This document shows, piece after piece, positions 63,771 to 64,000 of a DNA stretch of 64,000 nucleotides. Each line of letters begins with the position of its first letter. Position 1 is the first letter of the stretch. The notes under the pieces were generated by a model. It worked only from the letters and a program-made list of their open reading frames with translations. It ran no database searches and had not been told where the DNA came from. The stretch lies in assembly GCF_001194135.2 (NCBI RefSeq), contig NC_068986.1:65781364-65845363 (forward strand). The letters are read 5' to 3'. This DNA is from Octopus bimaculoides. Lineage: Eukaryota. The translations under genes were made by a program, and so were the position numbers.

Positions 63771-64000
63771 AAATAAGGTAGAAAAATTAGGCGTGCAAGG
63801 ATATTAGGTACAGTGCGTTAATTCTCACTTCGATCTGAACTTGAATCCCATAAATAGTCTATATTGAGTCTGAAACTTTCAGTTTTACCCCGACAAGCGT
63901 TTTATTCGATTATATATTTTACAATGTTTGGAGTGTGCTCTCTCACACATCAAAAGTTACACACACATACACACATCATATATATATATATATATATATA

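Overview
AT-rich, microsatellite-dense animal DNA from a gapped draft assembly (many N runs, mostly next to dinucleotide repeats). It is not prokaryotic: I found no operons, CRISPR arrays or rRNA/tRNA genes. I could not recognise any host protein-coding gene. Almost every ORF in the supplied track is a microsatellite or N-gap read-through, or a decayed transposon fragment. The SINE families resemble those I recall from Octopus, so the source is probably an octopod mollusc (inference, not verified). The window is essentially a transposable-element graveyard. DNA transposons: one full-length D,D34D mariner, one internally deleted mariner, two copies of a mariner derivative built from two 5' ends, Tc1 and Tigger relics, and at least six MITE/fold-back elements. 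Retroelements: R4/Dong-like, a second RLE-type family, RTE, Tx1 and CR1/L2-like LINE relics, Penelope-like tails, and three SINE families. The least explained signals are (1) a regularly spaced cluster of six C/EBP-ATF (ATF4/AARE-type) motifs at 9024-9152, (2) five minimal hammerhead-ribozyme-like motifs, some in Penelope-like tails, with an intact catalytic core at 6163-6197, (3) the amplified 5'-5' mariner derivative, and (4) a near-perfect 90-bp hairpin made by inverted duplication inside a SINE. All alignments, translations and folds were done by eye.
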